From positions 1 through 27,687 of the IMG/VR virus record IMGVR_UViG_3300025503_000004: a DNA stretch of 27,687 nucleotides; one strand, written 5' to 3'. A program made the translations under genes and the position numbers. The notes beneath the pieces are model-generated. The model was not told the DNA's origin, did no database searches, and worked only from the letters and a program-made list of their open reading frames with translations. The stretch comes from a virus. Lineage: Duplodnaviria; Caudoviricetes. Positions 8,274 through 16,921 of the stretch are shown piece after piece (within the stretch, counting starts at the first letter, position 1; each line of letters starts with the position of its first letter).

Positions 8274-10127
8274 CTATCCCCAGAGGTATGCGTAGGTAGC
8301 AGTGCCGAGAGAGGCGTTGGTGGCGGTTGCTGTCCAGGTGCCGGTTGCGGGCACGATGAACGACAAGGTTTCCTCAACCCCGCTCACGGTCCCTGCTGGC
8401 TGTGACCATGTGCCGATAGTCGTGCTGGTTGAGCCGACTGCGATGGCTACCGTAACCGTAGCTGCGGCTGTACTGGTCGGGGAGTAGGTCACGGGCAGGT
8501 AGACGATCACGGACCCGCTGGTGGAGTTTGGGGTTGCCGACCCCGAAGTGGGCGTGACCGACCCCGTGACGATGGGGGCCCCCGACGAGTCGCTGACCCA
8601 CGCGAAGCTTGCGGGTAACGCCGTCCCCGAGATCACGTTGTTGGCATGAACTTGAACCAAACTGGGTACTGCGGATGTGCTGGTGAGCTGTACCAGGCCC
8701 TTGACGTTCGTATTGCCATTCACGTTGATGGTGTTGCCTGCGATGGAGCAGCGAGGGTTGATGCCTGGGATGGCAACGAAGTAGGGGACGTTTTGGTTGG
8801 AGGTTGAGTAGAAGTAGCATCCCGAGATGGTCGGGGAGCCGATGCCCTGGATGTAGACCGTGTTTGAGGTGTCGAAGTAGCAGTTGGTAAACACCACGTC
8901 TGCTACCTGGTTGCCTCCCACCACGTGGGAGGCGGCAGCGTTCTCAACGAAGTGGCAGTTTGTGAAGAGGAACCCGCCTCCACCTTGGTTCGACGGGTAG
9001 CCTAGGTACACGTTTGCCGTAGCCGAGTTGCGTACCAGGCAGTTGAACACGTATCCGTCCGTTGCACCCGTTCCCCCGATGTTGATGGCAACCCCGTTCT
9101 GGTTGAAGTCGCAGGTGAGGATGTGGGTGGACACAACGCCCTGGTAGTTCCCGACCGTGGATGCACCCTTTAGCCCGTTAGCAGCGCAGTTGAGGAACAC
9201 GCATTGCTCTACGTACACCTCAGCAGTGTCCTGGATGAGCAGCCCTGTCACTCCCGCCACGCGTGACCCGGACGGGTTCAAGCCCGAGAAGCCAAGGCCG
9301 ATGATCCGCGATCCGTGGGGGTTGTTCGGCTGGGCGGTTCCGCTCCCGGACTGACCGACGGTGAACAGCGCAGCACCCGTAGTAGGGAAGTTGGCGTTGG
9401 GAGCTAGGTAGCCGCCCCCTGAGAACGAAGCCGTCGCGGTCACTCGGTCGTAGACCGCAGTCCCCAGGATGTGGACGTTTTGGAGCAGCGTCACGGTGTT
9501 GGCGATCCACGTCGGTCCCGTGATGGTAAGAATGCCCCCCCCGATGCTGTTCAGGTAGGCGATGGCGTGGTTGAGTGCTCCCGAGTTATCAACGGCAGAG
9601 TTGCCGTACTGGGCACCGAAGGCTTGGGCATCCACGACGGGCAACTGGTGCCCTGCAAGCCACTGGTTGACGAACACTCGTTTGTCAATGATGTTCGCGG
9701 ACGCGATGGACGTGGCATTGGCAGGCACGTAGATTTCCGCAAGCGCTACGTTCCCTGCTGGGAGAGCAGGCTTGACCGGGGGTGCGCCGCTGGACGAAGT
9801 AGTCCAGTTGGCCGTCCCCGAAGGTACTCCCTGGATGTAGTCAATGGTCCCCCCTGGGGTGACTGCGATGAGGTCCCGGCGATCCGAGGTCGAGGCAGTT
9901 GCAATCGTTACGGTGGTGGCTGGGATGTTGGGCGTCACGACTCCGTTGACAAGCGCGGACCCGCTTGCCACCTGGAGCGTCATGGAAGCAGGGGAGGATG
10001 GAGTAACCGCTAGCCCTGTGATAACCCCCGCTTGAAAGGGCTGGGCCACTACGGCCCAGTCCGTGCTATCGGGAACCGCTTGGCCCGCATACGTCGGGGC
10101 ACTTTCGATGTCGGGGATGTTGAACAC
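8274..10127 (-). CDS. Tailspike / putative polysaccharide depolymerase (right-handed beta-helix)
   Basis: N-terminal baseplate-attachment domain (GLAVTP...QVASG...RRDLI...LAEIYVPANATSI...DKR), a pectate-lyase-3-like cap (DAQAFGA..DNSGALNHAI..GGGIL), repeated xxNCxF rungs. TAAGGAG SD with GTG start. Confidence 0.8.
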   Translation of the reverse strand: MFNIPDIESAPTYAGQAVPDSTDWAVVAQPFQAGVITGLAVTPSSPASMTLQVASGSALVNGVVTPNIPATTVTIATASTSDRRDLIAVTPGGTIDYIQGVPSGTANWTTSSSGAPPVKPALPAGNVALAEIYVPANATSIASANIIDKRVFVNQWLAGHQLPVVDAQAFGAQYGNSAVDNSGALNHAIAYLNSIGGGILTITGPTWIANTVTLLQNVHILGTAVYDRVTATASFSGGGYLAPNANFPTTGAALFTVGQSGSGTAQPNNPHGSRIIGLGFSGLNPSGSRVAGVTGLLIQDTAEVYVEQCVFLNCAANGLKGASTVGNYQGVVSTHILTCDFNQNGVAINIGGTGATDGYVFNCLVRNSATANVYLGYPSNQGGGGFLFTNCHFVENAAASHVVGGNQVADVVFTNCYFDTSNTVYIQGIGSPTISGCYFYSTSNQNVPYFVAIPGINPRCSIAGNTINVNGNTNVKGLVQLTSTSAVPSLVQVHANNVISGTALPASFAWVSDSSGAPIVTGSVTPTSGSATPNSTSGSVIVYLPVTYSPTSTAAATVTVAIAVGSTSTTIGTWSQPAGTVSGVEETLSFIVPATGTWTATATNASLGTATYAYLWG

Positions 10128-10137
10128 TTGACGCTCC

Positions 10138-11061
10138 TTAGCTTGTCGTTATCGTAAGGATGTCTGGCGTGCTGACGCTGAGGCTGGCGTTGGTCGCTAC
10201 CCACGTGTACCCACCTAGGCTTGTGGGAGCTGCGTCCGCTGCGGTGAGCCAGTTGTCCTGGCTGGTGACGGTGATTGCCATGACCGGGTAGCCGGTGGTA
10301 GGATCGGTGGTCTGCTCAATCTCAATGTAGGGAGCGTTCGGAGCTGTGTAGCTCACGGTTCCGACCGAATAGGCCCACGCGGATGGCTCATGCCCAGTCT
10401 CCACCACCTGCACGTAGAAGTAATAGGTCGTGCCGTTCTCAAGGAACACGTCGTTGGTGGCAAGGGAGAGCTGGGTGGCGTGCCCACCCACGAACCCACT
10501 TGCGAAGACGTAGGGCGGCTGGCCGGGCGTGAAGCCTGGGGCGCTGACCTGGGCCTGTGTGTAGATGCACACGTAGTAGCCAAGCTGCGATGCTCCCAAG
10601 GGGTACGTAGCAGTCCACGAGATAGTAGGGGTTGAAGTGCCAATGGTCCCTGATGGAGACATGATGGTGAGGTTGGGGGCGGCCTGGGCGTTGACCACGT
10701 TGTAGGGGCTGGGTGGGCTGGTGCCGTTTTGATCTTGTGTGATTACCGCCCACTGGTAGGTGTAGCCGTCCTGGAACGTTCCCGCTGGGAACGTTACGTA
10801 CTGGTTGGACGACGCGTTGAACACTTGCGTGGACTGGAACGCATTCGTTGAGGCATTCCAGTACAAGGCTGTCGTTGATGAGTTGGTGAGCAGCAAGAAG
10901 GCGTAGGCAGTCTGCGTGCGCCCCGCCTGGGCAGGGTTGTACTGCCACTCGAACGTCACGGACCCCGAGAGGTCAAGGTACTCGCCGTTCGTGGGGTAAA
11001 GCAGGGTAGGAGCGTAGGGGGGCGGGTTGACCTGCCCACCGACGACGAGAACGCCTTCCAT
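10138..11061 (-). CDS. Minor tail protein with tandem FN3/Ig-like domains
   Basis: Two PxxxW...Y...G.TY.(W/F).V repeats; T/S/N/Y-rich; TAATG coupling. Confidence 0.7.
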   Translation of the reverse strand: MEGVLVVGGQVNPPPYAPTLLYPTNGEYLDLSGSVTFEWQYNPAQAGRTQTAYAFLLLTNSSTTALYWNASTNAFQSTQVFNASSNQYVTFPAGTFQDGYTYQWAVITQDQNGTSPPSPYNVVNAQAAPNLTIMSPSGTIGTSTPTISWTATYPLGASQLGYYVCIYTQAQVSAPGFTPGQPPYVFASGFVGGHATQLSLATNDVFLENGTTYYFYVQVVETGHEPSAWAYSVGTVSYTAPNAPYIEIEQTTDPTTGYPVMAITVTSQDNWLTAADAAPTSLGGYTWVATNASLSVSTPDILTITTS

Positions 11062-11465
11062 TACCGTGTCCTCTTCTTGGTGCGTACCGGCTTGTCGTAC
11101 TCGGTCCTGAGCTGTTTCGCGTGGTGCTCCATCGCCTCACGGAGCTTGGGATCGAAGTGGCGCGCCAAGGGGTGGGCAAGCAGAGCCTGGGCAGTCCGAG
11201 GATGCAGGTAGGGCACGTGGTGAGGCCGGAGTGAAGTGAACTGCCCCCGAACGCTCATCCGCTCCTGGTTGATGTCGTCCCAGACCGAGGGATCGGCGTA
11301 AGTGTTGTGATAGCGATCCCAGGCGTGGCGAGCCTTGGAAGTTAGCTCCGTGTCCCACCATCCTCGATGGCAGGGAACGCAGAGCCACGGGGGTGTGTCG
11401 TGGTCGGCAGCGCCGACCACTATCAGGTTGCGTCCGCAGAGAGGGCACGTAGGAATGGGCTCCAT
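11061..11465 (-). CDS. Zinc-ribbon protein of unknown function (134 aa, MEPIPTCPLCG...)
   Basis: ATG 11465 overlaps the tape measure stop (TGATG). CPLC...CVPC motif. The longer ORF-track start lies inside the tape measure gene. Confidence 0.7.
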   Translation of the reverse strand: MEPIPTCPLCGRNLIVVGAADHDTPPWLCVPCHRGWWDTELTSKARHAWDRYHNTYADPSVWDDINQERMSVRGQFTSLRPHHVPYLHPRTAQALLAHPLARHFDPKLREAMEHHAKQLRTEYDKPVRTKKRTR

Positions 11466-14266
11466 CAGTACAACCTTCCTGCTCCCGCCCTCATTGACAC
11501 TAGCACCTGGTTCGAGAACTCCGTGGCTGCATCCCCGATAGCCCGTCGTATGGCTCCGGGCTCCCCACCAGGCGCGTTGATGGTGAAGTGCGCCTCGATG
11601 TTCATGGTGATCCCTCCGCTGATCCCCCCAGCGGTCCGGCCCATGCTCATGGCCCCCGTGGTGAGAGCGGCTCGGCTGCGCCCCATGATCTGCGCAGATG
11701 CTCCGGTCATGGCAGTAATGGCATGGGTGGTGCCGTCGGTGATGCCCTGCGCCAAGCCCAGCATGAGGAAGTTGCCGACCTTGGCCATCTCTCGCGAAGG
11801 CGAGAAGATGCCGAATATCTTCTTGATCCCCCCGAGGATGGAGTGCCCGATGCTGGAGATGGCTTGGCCGATCCAACTGATCCCGCTCATCAGGCCGTGG
11901 ACAAGGCCCTCCACGATCTGCTTGCCGACGTCCACCATCCTGCCCACCAGGCTGCCCAGGTCTTCAAGCTGGTCCGTGAACACGCTCACGAAGTCATGGA
12001 GCAGGTGTTTCCCCAGCTTGGGTATCTGGCTGAACCTGCCGGTGAAGATGTCAACGACCAGTTGCCACCCCGTTCGCCAGATGTCGGCGATGGTGTGCAG
12101 GTAGTTGCCGAAGACCGAGTAGATGTCGTGCCAGACCCTCACCACCAGGTTCGCGATGAAGTGCCATATCTTGATGGCCCAGCGCTTGACGGTCTTCCAG
12201 TGCGTGATGATGAGGATGGCGACCACCACGACGACGGCCAGGATGCCGAACATCATCGGCCCGAACATCTCGGACGACGTGACCATCTCGACGATGTTGC
12301 TGATCCAGGTCTTCGCCAGGTTGATGACGTTCGTGATGGCCGACGAGACAAAGGAGCCGATAGATTGGGCGACGTTCCCGATGGCAGAAACGAAACTGCT
12401 CATGAAGGCACGCACCTTGCTGAATGCATTCCCCACTTGGGAGGCAAAGTTTTTAGCCTGCTCTATCGCTTGAGGCAGTTGAGTAAACGCATCTTTGATG
12501 GTAGTGATGGTGCGTTTCAGCCCCTCAATCTTCTTGCCGATGTCAAGGTACGACACAAACCGCCTGATCGCGTAGATTGCAACGGCGGTTCCTGTGGCGA
12601 ACCCGATGAAGCCCCGCGTGATGCTCCCAAGTGCCCCGTGCATCTGCGTCAGGTGGGAAACGAACCCAACGATCACTTTCAGGATCGGCACGACGGCTGC
12701 GGACACGGCCCCCTCAAGCGTCATGAAGCCAGTTGCTGCTGCCTCAAGAATGGGCATTAGGTCTACTAAGATTATTCCGATCTGCTTGAGCTGGGTTTCG
12801 TGGGCGCCGAACATGCGAGCTGCCGCCAGCTTGCCTGACGTGTGAAGCCACTGGGCTAGGCTTCCCAGGATTTGGGCCAGGATTTGGAGCACCGTTCCCC
12901 CTGCTCCCTGGAACACCTCAAACAGGGTTCCCAGCACCTTGAGCAGGTTCTTCACCACGTCCCACACGTCAAAGAAGTCGTTGACAAGCTCCCGGATGAT
13001 ATGGTGCCACTTCTCCATCGCAGACTTGGAGTTGTTGACGTGCGTGAAGAACTTCGCCAGGTAGGGCAGGAGCTTGCCTCCGAAGTTGGAGGCCACGTAG
13101 TTGACGGTCTTGGCGAACAGCTCAAACGCCTGGGTGCCCGCTTGAACGGCGTAAGGCAAGTTGCGCTGGAATATCCTCTCCAGGTTGGTGAAAATGCCGA
13201 GCCCACCCTGGGAGCCCTTGTTCTGCATCCACCCCTCGAAGGGGTTGAGCCCCTTCTGGATGATCCCCATGTTCTGGGCTGCGAACTTCCCGATCACGGG
13301 AAGCGCAGGCTCGGCGGCCTTGATGAGGCCGCCGATGATCTTGGCCCCCCCTGCCTCGGCAAGCCCCGTCACCCTGTCAAACAGGTTGCGGAACTGCAAG
13401 GCAAGCTGCGCAGTCTGGAGCACCGCTGGCCGGGCAGTGGCAGAAAAGCTGTTGAGCGTAGCGTTGAGCTGGGCTTGCGCTATCTGGGCCTGGTAGCTGT
13501 TCTTGCCGTAGACTTGGATGGCCTGGTTGAGATTGGTCAGGGCCTGGTAGGTGTTCTTGATGTCGCCAGCGGCTTGGCCGATCCCGGCCATGTCCGTGCC
13601 CATGCCAACAGCGCCGACCGTGGCGGCGCTGGCACCCAGGAGCGTCCCTCCACCTAGTAAGCCTGCTGCCGCCGCGCCAATCGTCCCCAGCCCCGTGGTC
13701 AAGAGACGTTCTGGCCCAAAACCTGCGAGTGCCCCAAGGGTTCCGAACTGGAACCCAGGGATCGCTCCGAGTAACCCCCCTCTCTTCTTTTTTTCTTTCT
13801 CGGTCATAGTGCCCAAGGCGTTCAGAAGGTTGTTGCCCTGGGAACCCCAGGAGCCGAACAGAGAACCGAACACGTTCCCCAGGAACCCGCCCAAGAACCC
13901 TCGGCTACCGGCTGCGGGAGCTTCCTCCGCAGGAGCGGCTTCCTTAGCGGCGGTTGCTTTCGCCGCCGTTGCCGCAGCCGCCCTAGCCTCAGCCAAGGTG
14001 GTGGCGAAGGGGCCGATGGGAGTCGTGAAGACGACCGGAACCTTGATGGGGTGAGCCTTAGCGTAAGCCTGAACGGTCTTGATGAAGGTCTTGAAGGCGG
14101 CTAGCCCTTCGGTGGCGCCGATGTCAATGGGAAGACGAATCGCCGTCGTGTCAACGCTGTCGCGGAAGGCTTGGATGGCTGACTTGGCAGCTTGGAGCTT
14201 TTCAAGCAGGTTGTCAACATCAAGCGTGATTTGCAGCTCGATAGGTGGGATGAAGGACTCGGGCAT
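11465..14266 (-). CDS. Tape measure protein (933 aa)
   Basis: Long Ala/Gly-rich helical protein with hydrophobic segments and Trp/Phe periodicity. C-terminal GKQIVEGL..G / IFSPSR...G..LMLGLAQGI motif. Downstream of the chaperone genes. Confidence 0.93.
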   Translation of the reverse strand: MPESFIPPIELQITLDVDNLLEKLQAAKSAIQAFRDSVDTTAIRLPIDIGATEGLAAFKTFIKTVQAYAKAHPIKVPVVFTTPIGPFATTLAEARAAAATAAKATAAKEAAPAEEAPAAGSRGFLGGFLGNVFGSLFGSWGSQGNNLLNALGTMTEKEKKKRGGLLGAIPGFQFGTLGALAGFGPERLLTTGLGTIGAAAAGLLGGGTLLGASAATVGAVGMGTDMAGIGQAAGDIKNTYQALTNLNQAIQVYGKNSYQAQIAQAQLNATLNSFSATARPAVLQTAQLALQFRNLFDRVTGLAEAGGAKIIGGLIKAAEPALPVIGKFAAQNMGIIQKGLNPFEGWMQNKGSQGGLGIFTNLERIFQRNLPYAVQAGTQAFELFAKTVNYVASNFGGKLLPYLAKFFTHVNNSKSAMEKWHHIIRELVNDFFDVWDVVKNLLKVLGTLFEVFQGAGGTVLQILAQILGSLAQWLHTSGKLAAARMFGAHETQLKQIGIILVDLMPILEAAATGFMTLEGAVSAAVVPILKVIVGFVSHLTQMHGALGSITRGFIGFATGTAVAIYAIRRFVSYLDIGKKIEGLKRTITTIKDAFTQLPQAIEQAKNFASQVGNAFSKVRAFMSSFVSAIGNVAQSIGSFVSSAITNVINLAKTWISNIVEMVTSSEMFGPMMFGILAVVVVVAILIITHWKTVKRWAIKIWHFIANLVVRVWHDIYSVFGNYLHTIADIWRTGWQLVVDIFTGRFSQIPKLGKHLLHDFVSVFTDQLEDLGSLVGRMVDVGKQIVEGLVHGLMSGISWIGQAISSIGHSILGGIKKIFGIFSPSREMAKVGNFLMLGLAQGITDGTTHAITAMTGASAQIMGRSRAALTTGAMSMGRTAGGISGGITMNIEAHFTINAPGGEPGAIRRAIGDAATEFSNQVLVSMRAGAGRLY

Positions 14267-14267
14267 C

Positions 14268-14789
14268 TCACTGCACCTTGAGCGCGTAGGCTATGACGTT
14301 CTCTACTACCAGGTCACGCGCCTGATTCCGGACAATCTGGCTTGCGGTGATGAACCAGGGGGTGCCGTGCTGGACCACTACGCGCTTCTTCACCCACTTG
14401 CCGTGTACTTGGAACACCAGGTAGGGGCGCACGTTCGGGTGGATGGCCGTGGCCGAGGGCCAAGAGCGAATGCGGGCGTAGTTCAAGACCCGTCCTCCGG
14501 GGCCTGGCCGGATGGACTGCACGGTCGGGCCGACGATGGTTCCCCACTTGCCTGCCCCTAGCGGGGCAGGCTTTGTGAAGATGATGGACTTGCGCAGGTC
14601 CCCCGGTGGGTTGGTGGAGTTGCCAGGTGTGCCAACCGGGGCGGCGGCCTGCAAGGTAATCTTCGCTTCCGTGGCGATCTCGCCCAGCCAACGCGGGGCG
14701 CTCTTGATCGCCAACCGCTGCGCTCGCGTCAGGCCAGCTAGCGTCGGGCTTATCGGCCTGACCCTGATACGTAGCGGAACCGATACCAT
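14268..14789 (-). CDS. HK97 gp10-like tail completion / neck protein
   Basis: Basic protein with APV...GDLRKSI, NYA and HGT.W/F motifs. GGAG SD. Confidence 0.65.
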   Translation of the reverse strand: MVSVPLRIRVRPISPTLAGLTRAQRLAIKSAPRWLGEIATEAKITLQAAAPVGTPGNSTNPPGDLRKSIIFTKPAPLGAGKWGTIVGPTVQSIRPGPGGRVLNYARIRSWPSATAIHPNVRPYLVFQVHGKWVKKRVVVQHGTPWFITASQIVRNQARDLVVENVIAYALKVQ

Positions 14790-14811
14790 AGCTCCAGCTT
14801 ACAGACGGCGT

Positions 14812-15072
14812 TCAGCGCGAGTGCTTGCGCTCGGCCTTGCGTACTTCCTGGTCAATGAGCTTCTCCTGAACCCGCGAGTCAATGGCCCCCATCTGGAGCA
14901 TCCACCTGACCACTTCCGGCGGCTCGGCCAGGTACTCGTCATGCGTCAGGTGGAACATGGAGCGGTAGCGGTACTCCTGCCACCACACGAAGAACTCGGG
15001 GGGGATGAAGCGAAGTGCCCGCTCATCCTGATTGACTAGGAACGCCTCGAAGTAGATCGAGGCGCGGTAGGG
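14812..15072 (-). CDS. Tail assembly chaperone C-terminal extension reached by -1 frameshift (lambda gpGT-like; 86 aa)
   Basis: Hand-translated open -1 frame PYRASIYFEAFL...QEYRYRSMFHLTHDEYLAEPPEVVRWML...KHSR*. It fills the gap between genes and has no SD-supported start of its own. Confidence 0.8.
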   Translation of the reverse strand, partial: PYRASIYFEAFLVNQDERALRFIPPEFFVWWQEYRYRSMFHLTHDEYLAEPPEVVRWMLQMGAIDSRVQEKLIDQEVRKAERKHSR

Positions 15073-15455
15073 TTTACGGCCTGCCCAGGTTCAGCCGGGG
15101 CATCAGGGGAGAAGTTGGGAAGCTGTCTCATCAGCTCGGGGTAGATGTCCTGAGCTACAGAGGCCAGGGGCACGAACACCTCGACGGGCAGATTGAGCAA
15201 GTCTTCCTCGCTCTGCGGAAGAGGCTCAGGCAGCGTCCACGACCGCAGGAACGTCAGAATGCTTACCGTGCGCAGTGACAACAGCGCCTCCGCTACGTCC
15301 TCGGAGAAGAGTCCCGGGTTCTGTGACTGGTCCAGTTGCAGGCTTGAGAGGCGCGCCATGACTCGCTCAAGGTCAAGCAGGTTCCGTTGCGTCAAGCCGT
15401 CGGTACTCAACGTCGCCGAGTGCCCCCCTGGGAGTTGCACTACCTTGGATCCCAT
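15036..15455 (-). CDS. Tail assembly chaperone (gpG-like, 139 aa)
   Basis: Follows the tail tube gene. AAGGAGG SD favours ATG 15455 over GTG 15506. SWTLPEPLP motif; ends ...NPT... Confidence 0.8.
   Translation of the reverse strand: MGSKVVQLPGGHSATLSTDGLTQRNLLDLERVMARLSSLQLDQSQNPGLFSEDVAEALLSLRTVSILTFLRSWTLPEPLPQSEEDLLNLPVEVFVPLASVAQDIYPELMRQLPNFSPDAPAEPGQAVNPTAPRSTSRRS
15067..15076 (-). promoter_or_regulatory. Putative programmed -1 frameshift site (GTA AAC CCT AC)
   Basis: Lies in the short overlap between the upstream -1-frame TGA and the 0-frame TAG; CCT->CCC re-pairing converts NPT to NPY. Confidence 0.65.
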
Positions 15456-15534
15456 GCTCGTCCTCCTTGCTACCTGCGCTAACTTGCGTCTTTCGGATCG
15501 CGCCACGAAGCTGCACCTAGCCTAGCGCGGAGGG

Positions 15535-16737
15535 CTACGAAGCGTAAGCGCTGGCTACCAGGTTGCCCACGCTCACCAGGATCGGCGACACCCCACCTGC
15601 AAGGGCATCCTGAGCCGTTGGGAGGAGCTGGAAGTCCACCTCGACCTCCACGTACTCGGACTGCCTGCTCAGCGAGCCTGTGGTGTACTGCATCTTGGAG
15701 CTGTGCAGGTGCAACGTGTCCCCGGACGCATTATCGAAGAGCATGATGTCAAGGGATGCCTGGCTGCCGTTCAGGTAGCTTGTCAGGAAGGGCGAGCCCG
15801 CTTGCTCGACGAAGGTCAGCTTGCCCGTGGACTGGAGTGGCCCAGCGAAGTAGGTGTAGTATTCCTCGGTTCCCGTGAGGGCCGGGATGGGCTGCACCCC
15901 TCGCTTCAAGTCGATCTCCCAGTTGACTACCACGTCGAGCTGCTGTCCCCCGATCAGGATGGTCGTCGTCCAGGGGGCAGGGGTTTGGGTGCCCGTGAAG
16001 CTGGTCGAGGGGGCTACCACGTTCGTCTGTGCGGGGTTGGCAAACCAGGTGCAGGTATAGTCCACGAGTGCCGACCCGGTGCCCTTGATAGTCAGCTCGT
16101 CAAGCTGACCCCCCGTGAGCAATCTCCACTCTTCGCCGTCGTAGTCCCAGATGGACACGGAGGGGGGCTGGTTGCCAGGGACTGAGCCGTTGTTGAGCAG
16201 GCTGAACGAGTGGGTGTTCAGGCCGGTTACTGCTGCCCCCGCAGCCTGGTTGTAGACCAAGGGAGTAGTGAGAGTGAGCGTGTAGGGGCCGGTGCCACTC
16301 ACATTGGAAACCTGGTGTGACTCCAGGGTTGCTCCCGACCCGATCACGATGTAGCTGTTGGCCGGGATCGAGGCGGTCGTGGACACAGTGGTCGCGCCAG
16401 CGGTTGCAGGGCTTGCCAGCGTGGTAGAAGCGGGAGCTGCGGTAAAGTTGTCCGGCGAGCCCAGCTCGGCCATCAGGAACAGCGGGAAGCTGTCAAGGTA
16501 CGGATAGCTGCTCCACCCGTGGGAGTCGTAGCGCATCCCCCGCACGTCGTTGTAGACCGCCACCATCGACCCCTGCATGGTGTCGTCAGGCAGGATGGTG
16601 AGCTTGGGTTCGTAGGCGGGTTGCTTGACCGGGATCATGTAGGTCGGTGCGCTTGGTGCAGTCCCCCGCGTGGCCTCTAGCGCTAGGCCCATGATTGATT
16701 GCGCAGAGGCGTATGCCGGGCCGTTGACGTTAGGCAT
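15535..16737 (-). CDS. Major tail tube protein with an inserted beta-barrel domain (400 aa)
   Basis: MGLALEATRGTAP N-terminus, THSFS...PSVSI, and an all-beta tube pattern. Position before the chaperone and tape measure genes. Confidence 0.85.
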   Translation of the reverse strand: MPNVNGPAYASAQSIMGLALEATRGTAPSAPTYMIPVKQPAYEPKLTILPDDTMQGSMVAVYNDVRGMRYDSHGWSSYPYLDSFPLFLMAELGSPDNFTAAPASTTLASPATAGATTVSTTASIPANSYIVIGSGATLESHQVSNVSGTGPYTLTLTTPLVYNQAAGAAVTGLNTHSFSLLNNGSVPGNQPPSVSIWDYDGEEWRLLTGGQLDELTIKGTGSALVDYTCTWFANPAQTNVVAPSTSFTGTQTPAPWTTTILIGGQQLDVVVNWEIDLKRGVQPIPALTGTEEYYTYFAGPLQSTGKLTFVEQAGSPFLTSYLNGSQASLDIMLFDNASGDTLHLHSSKMQYTTGSLSRQSEYVEVEVDFQLLPTAQDALAGGVSPILVSVGNLVASAYAS

Positions 16738-16921
16738 CGCTAGGCTCCTTCACTTCGTCAGTATGCTTCTTACTCCGTGTCGGGACCGGGACCAGCCACG
16801 GATCATTGATTTCCTGGTCAAGCTCAACCGTCTCGCCCGGGTCGAGAACCAGGGTGCGCCCGTCCTTGCTGAGGAACAGCCAAGTGCGCTGGTACGGAGA
16901 AGCATTGACAAACTTCTTCAT
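16730..16921 (-). CDS. Small hypothetical virion-module protein (63 aa, MKKFVNASPY...)
   Basis: GGAGGTG SD and ATGA overlap at 16918-16921. Confidence 0.65.
   Translation of the reverse strand: MKKFVNASPYQRTWLFLSKDGRTLVLDPGETVELDQEINDPWLVPVPTRSKKHTDEVKEPSDA

Noticed and set aside
6977-9542. G8/C8 homopolymers in the hub (6977-6984) and tailspike (9535-9542) genes as phase-variation tracts
   Set aside because: A few 8-mers are expected at this GC content, and they encode ordinary Pro/Gly runs in intact frames.
3747-11061. Many N-x-S/T sequons suggesting N-glycosylated, archaeal-type virion proteins
   Set aside because: Largely explained by the high Asn/Ser/Thr content, and the SLT gene implies a peptidoglycan-bearing bacterial host.
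11588-12760. 390-aa plus-strand ORF, and many other 100-280 aa antisense or alternate-frame ORFs in the track
   Set aside because: They are shadows of real genes in high-GC DNA, with H/R/D/G-biased composition, no motifs and complete overlap with well-supported genes.
15456-15534. Terminator or ncRNA between tail tube and chaperone genes
   Set aside because: Only weak pairing and no U-tract; part of the region may be coding if GTG 15506 is used.
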